In this document: positions 60,659-64,000 of the stretch, piece by piece
How the letters are laid out: the number at the start of each line of letters is the position of its first letter
How positions within the stretch are numbered: the first letter of the stretch is position 1
Source of the DNA: a bacterium
Lineage (GTDB): Bacteria > UBA8248
DNA: 64,000 bases
Assembly (NCBI GenBank): GCA_965221165.1
Contig: CBDCRP010000003.1
Coordinates: forward strand, 128,001-192,000
Reading direction: 5' to 3'
The notes under the pieces: generated by a model
What the model was told of the DNA's origin: nothing
The model's input: only the letters and a program-made list of their open reading frames with translations
Databases searched by the model: none
Translations under genes and position numbers: made by a program

Positions 60659-61273
60659 TTAGTTGGCACGGATAAGTTTATTTCCTCTCCCCTGCTCGAG
60701 AGAATCCTCGCTCGCACCGTATATCGTCGCGCTCACTTTCTCCTTCAGCCTGTAATTCCCTATATCCGTTTGTCCCTGTAGACCCGTGCCCATAAGGCGA
60801 AAACGAGCCCCCTCCATCAAAACCCGCGAATCCGAATCAATGCGTTTTTCCTTCGATCGAAAATACAAAGAGTCTGTTTTCATTGAAACGCCATTTGACG
60901 CCAAGATGGTGACGTCGCCGCTAATTCTAATGTTCCGACTCTTGTTCTGCATGGTTCCTTGCTGGGCAGTCACATGTGCCGGCTCACCTTCTTTCGGATA
61001 AAAACGAAGGCGCAGGTTCTTCAAAATGGTCAAACCTTTTTTGCGGTACACCTTGGCAGAGTCCGCCCATAACTCCCACTCCCTCACACCCTCAGTGTTT
61101 TGAACGACATGCATCTTATCTATATCAAGATCCGCATCCGATCCTCTGAACGAAATATCTCCTATACGGAGATGATGAGAATCTGGAGATCCCAGAATAA
61201 AATAGGCAATTGTCCCGCCAATCGCGAGCAGAAAGCCCAGCAACACTATTCTCAACACCTTGCGGAAAAGCAT
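60659..61273 (-). CDS. lptC: LPS export protein LptC
   Basis: N-terminal TM; W.L.ADSA, G.V, TDSL.F pattern; upstream of lptA. Confidence 0.85.
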   Translation of the reverse strand: MLFRKVLRIVLLGFLLAIGGTIAYFILGSPDSHHLRIGDISFRGSDADLDIDKMHVVQNTEGVREWELWADSAKVYRKKGLTILKNLRLRFYPKEGEPAHVTAQQGTMQNKSRNIRISGDVTILASNGVSMKTDSLYFRSKEKRIDSDSRVLMEGARFRLMGTGLQGQTDIGNYRLKEKVSATIYGASEDSLEQGRGNKLIRAN

Positions 61274-61465
61274 CGCAAACCTTCTGAAACACAGGCGGTA
61301 TTTAACGCTCAGTACATGCCATATCTGCTACAAAAAGCTGATTCCCCCAAGTACCGCGAAATATATCTTCCGCTCCCACCTCTTTACCCAGAGGAGAAAA
61401 TATACGCAAAAACAATGCCCTATTAGCTTGCCACCCTTTTCTTTCTTTGTAAAGAAAAATTTATC

Positions 61466-61879
61466 TCATTGCCGGCAAATGGAAAGGCGTCGATTTTCTT
61501 CTCCCAAAATCTCAAACTTGACGTGAGTGGATACAGGGAAACGCCATTTTTCCACATGGTTCGGCCATTCAATCAATACGAAATCATTCTCTCCAACATG
61601 ATCCCACAAACCCATTCCCTCAAGGTCAGAATCTTTTGGAAGCCGATACAGGTCGATATGGTGAACAGGTGGCATGGTCGGATAATGGTGAACATAGATG
61701 AAAGTAGGGCTCCTGACGATTCGTCCTTCTCCCCCGGGCAACGATTCGATAAAACCTTTTGCAAATACGGTTTTCCCGGCGCCCAGGTCACCATCCAGCA
61801 AGATGGCCTCGCCGGGTCTTGAAGCTTTCGCTAACAGAGCGCCCAACTCGGCCGTTTGCTCAATTGAATTACTTTGCAT
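61466..61879 (-). CDS. tsaE: t6A biosynthesis ATPase TsaE
   Basis: GDLGAGKT, SPTF, HIDLYRL, IEW; start uncertain. Confidence 0.95.
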   Translation of the reverse strand: MQSNSIEQTAELGALLAKASRPGEAILLDGDLGAGKTVFAKGFIESLPGGEGRIVRSPTFIYVHHYPTMPPVHHIDLYRLPKDSDLEGMGLWDHVGENDFVLIEWPNHVEKWRFPVSTHVKFEILGEENRRLSICRQ

Positions 61880-61880
61880 T

Positions 61881-63467
61881 TCAAAGGGAAACTCGAGCAG
61901 CGTCGGAACCTCCTGCGTCCATGAGAATTTTCCTTCTGGCCTTGGGAAGGGCCTGTAAAATATCGGTTGCCGTGATACCGAGCCCGCCCACCTCCAAAGA
62001 GGCCAACTCTCCGGATAAGCCATGAAGATAAACCCCGCATACCAATGCCCACTTTCGGGAAAGCCCCTGGGCGAGCAAGGCCCCAATGACGCCCGCCAAC
62101 ACATCTCCGCTACCGGCGGTAGCCATATTAGAGTTTCCGGTAGGGTTGTACCAGGTTTCCCCCTCCGGTGTGGCGACTATCGTTCCCCACCCCTTTAAGG
62201 CGATATCCAGGTGATGATGTGTGGCGAACTGGCTTGCGTGCGTAATGCGATCTTCTTGCACATCTCTCGTCGAGATTCCCAGGAGTCTCGCCATCTCGCC
62301 CGGATGAGGCGTCAGTATCAGTTGAGCGAGCCTGCCATCCAAGATGGTCAAGTCTTGAGAAAGCGCATTCAGCCCATCGGCATCCAAGACGATGGGGCCA
62401 TCGAAATGCTGGATAAGGAGATGGACAAGTTCAATCGTTCTAGGATTCGTCATGAGTCCAGGGCCTACGACCAAAGCACTCATGTTTTCTGAATGCTCGA
62501 CGATAAAATCGAAAGCCGAGGCGTCGACAGAGCCGGATTCCGTGGCCGGCAAGGATAACGTCATGACTTCGGGATACTTGCTCTCCACAAGGGGATAAAT
62601 ACTTTCCGGCACGGCAAGCGTCACCCGGCCTGCACCTGAGCGAAGGGCCGACATGGCCGTCATCAAGGCAGCACCCGACATGCCCGGCGCACCGGCTATC
62701 AGCAAAAGGTGGCCGGCATCTCCTTTGTGGGCATCGGGGCGTCTTTCCGGCAAGTTTTCAGCCACATCAGAAGGCTCCGTGACGTGTAGCGAAATGTTTT
62801 CTTCATGCAGACATTTTTTCGGAATCCCGATATCAAGCGATATTACCTCCCCCACATGCTCTGCAGCCGGCATGAGAAGATGTCCCCGCTTCAACGCGCC
62901 TAGCGCCAACGTGATTTTTGCATCGATATGTGGAGGTTCGACCCTGCCGGAAGTGGAATCGAGCCCGGACGGCATATCGATAGCCACTATCGGGGTCTCA
63001 CAGGCGGACAGGATACGGATTACCTCCTCCGGAAGGCCTCGGGCAGGCGGACGAAATCCGGTTCCCAGAATGGCATCTACTAACAAATCTGCGTTTTTCG
63101 TCATCGTCTCCAGCAATGAGACGTTTTTCTCCTCCACCTCCAGGACGGAAATTTCCATCTTGTCGAGCGTTTTCAGAAAAACGGCGGGCTCACCCGTGAC
63201 TTCACTCAGGGGAAACAAAGCCGCGACATCAATATCGGCCCCAGAATTGAATAAATGCCTGGCAATGACGAAACCATCTCCACCGTTGTTCCCACTCCCG
63301 CAAACAATCAGCACACGGAGACCGGCTCTCCCATATTTTTCCCAGATCTTTTGAGCGGATTTTGCCCCTGCTGTTTCCATCAAGCATGTAGAGGGAATGC
63401 CGTATTCATGAATCGCCCGGTTGTCGATGTTCGACATTTCCTGGGCTGTAACGACCGGAATCGGCAT
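61881..63467 (-). CDS. nnr: Bifunctional NAD(P)HX epimerase/dehydratase
   Basis: GNNGGDG, DAILGTG, HKGDAG, DADGL, TPHPGE, TAGSGDVLAG. Confidence 0.96.
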   Translation of the reverse strand: MPIPVVTAQEMSNIDNRAIHEYGIPSTCLMETAGAKSAQKIWEKYGRAGLRVLIVCGSGNNGGDGFVIARHLFNSGADIDVAALFPLSEVTGEPAVFLKTLDKMEISVLEVEEKNVSLLETMTKNADLLVDAILGTGFRPPARGLPEEVIRILSACETPIVAIDMPSGLDSTSGRVEPPHIDAKITLALGALKRGHLLMPAAEHVGEVISLDIGIPKKCLHEENISLHVTEPSDVAENLPERRPDAHKGDAGHLLLIAGAPGMSGAALMTAMSALRSGAGRVTLAVPESIYPLVESKYPEVMTLSLPATESGSVDASAFDFIVEHSENMSALVVGPGLMTNPRTIELVHLLIQHFDGPIVLDADGLNALSQDLTILDGRLAQLILTPHPGEMARLLGISTRDVQEDRITHASQFATHHHLDIALKGWGTIVATPEGETWYNPTGNSNMATAGSGDVLAGVIGALLAQGLSRKWALVCGVYLHGLSGELASLEVGGLGITATDILQALPKARRKILMDAGGSDAARVSL

Positions 63468-63469
63468 GC

Positions 63470-64000
63470 TCAGGCGGCGCCTACTCGTTCGATGATATCC
63501 GACATCTCGCGCACGGCTCTTTCAAAACCGACAAAAACAGAATGCGAGACAATGCTGTGGCCAATGTTCAATTCTTGCAGATGGGGAAGAGAGGCCACGG
63601 CGTGCACGTTTAGATAGGTGAGGCCGTGGCCTGCGTGAACGCCAATGTCGAGGTCGTGGGCCAGCAGGGACGCATCGCGAAGTGAAACCAACTCTTTTTC
63701 GTGAGAGACGGAATCTTTCGCCTCAGAATAAGCCGCCGTGTTCAATTCCACGAAATCCGTGTTTAATATCTTTGCGGCTTCAATTTGCGCAGGATGGGGA
63801 TCGATGAAAAGGCTCAAAAGGATCCCTGCGTCTCGCAGCGGTTTCATCAAACCGGCTATCTGTTCGACGTTGCCCGCCACGTCCAAGCCGCCCTCGGTCG
63901 TTATCTCTTGGCGCCGCTCCGGAACCAAGGTGACCTGCTCCGGCTTCACATCGAGCGCGATGCCCTGCATCTCGGGTACAGGCGCCATCTCCAGGTTGAG
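63470..64000 (-). CDS. pdxJ: Pyridoxine 5'-phosphate synthase (5'-truncated by window edge)
   Basis: LNLEMA, VPERRQEITTEGG, SLFID, AGHGL, ELNIGHSI. Confidence 0.97.
   Translation of the reverse strand, partial: LNLEMAPVPEMQGIALDVKPEQVTLVPERRQEITTEGGLDVAGNVEQIAGLMKPLRDAGILLSLFIDPHPAQIEAAKILNTDFVELNTAAYSEAKDSVSHEKELVSLRDASLLAHDLDIGVHAGHGLTYLNVHAVASLPHLQELNIGHSIVSHSVFVGFERAVREMSDIIERVGAA

Overview
Chromosomal segment of a diderm, LPS-transporting bacterium. The gene order (M23-secA; surE-pcm...nlpD-apt-tRNA-Arg; pdxJ-nnr-tsaE-lptCAB-rpoN-hprK-PTS-metK-ahcY) resembles Deltaproteobacteria/Nitrospinota-like lineages, but that is inference only. It holds about 55 CDS and 3 tRNAs (Pro-GGG, Pro-CGG, Arg-CCT); I see no integrase, transposase, CRISPR array or prophage. 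The strongest non-obvious signal is a 28-bp XerC/XerD dif-like site at 45316-45343. Gene orientation and KOPS-like octamers converge on it, so the window probably spans the replication terminus. Other oddities: (i) an array of 22-bp tandem repeats plus six 10-bp-phased A-tracts downstream of tRNA-Arg; (ii) a second metY with an in-frame deletion of about 300 codons, carrying a structured leader; (iii) a 1-nt frameshift in the Rossmann motif of a 3-hydroxyisobutyrate-dehydrogenase-family gene; (iv) a DtxR regulator with a Cys-rich tail heading an Fe3+ ABC operon; (v) an actinobacterial-type mycothiol-dependent formaldehyde dehydrogenase homolog; (vi) several candidate structured RNAs. I cannot point to a clearly new multi-gene system. 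All calls come from reading motifs by eye, with no database search.
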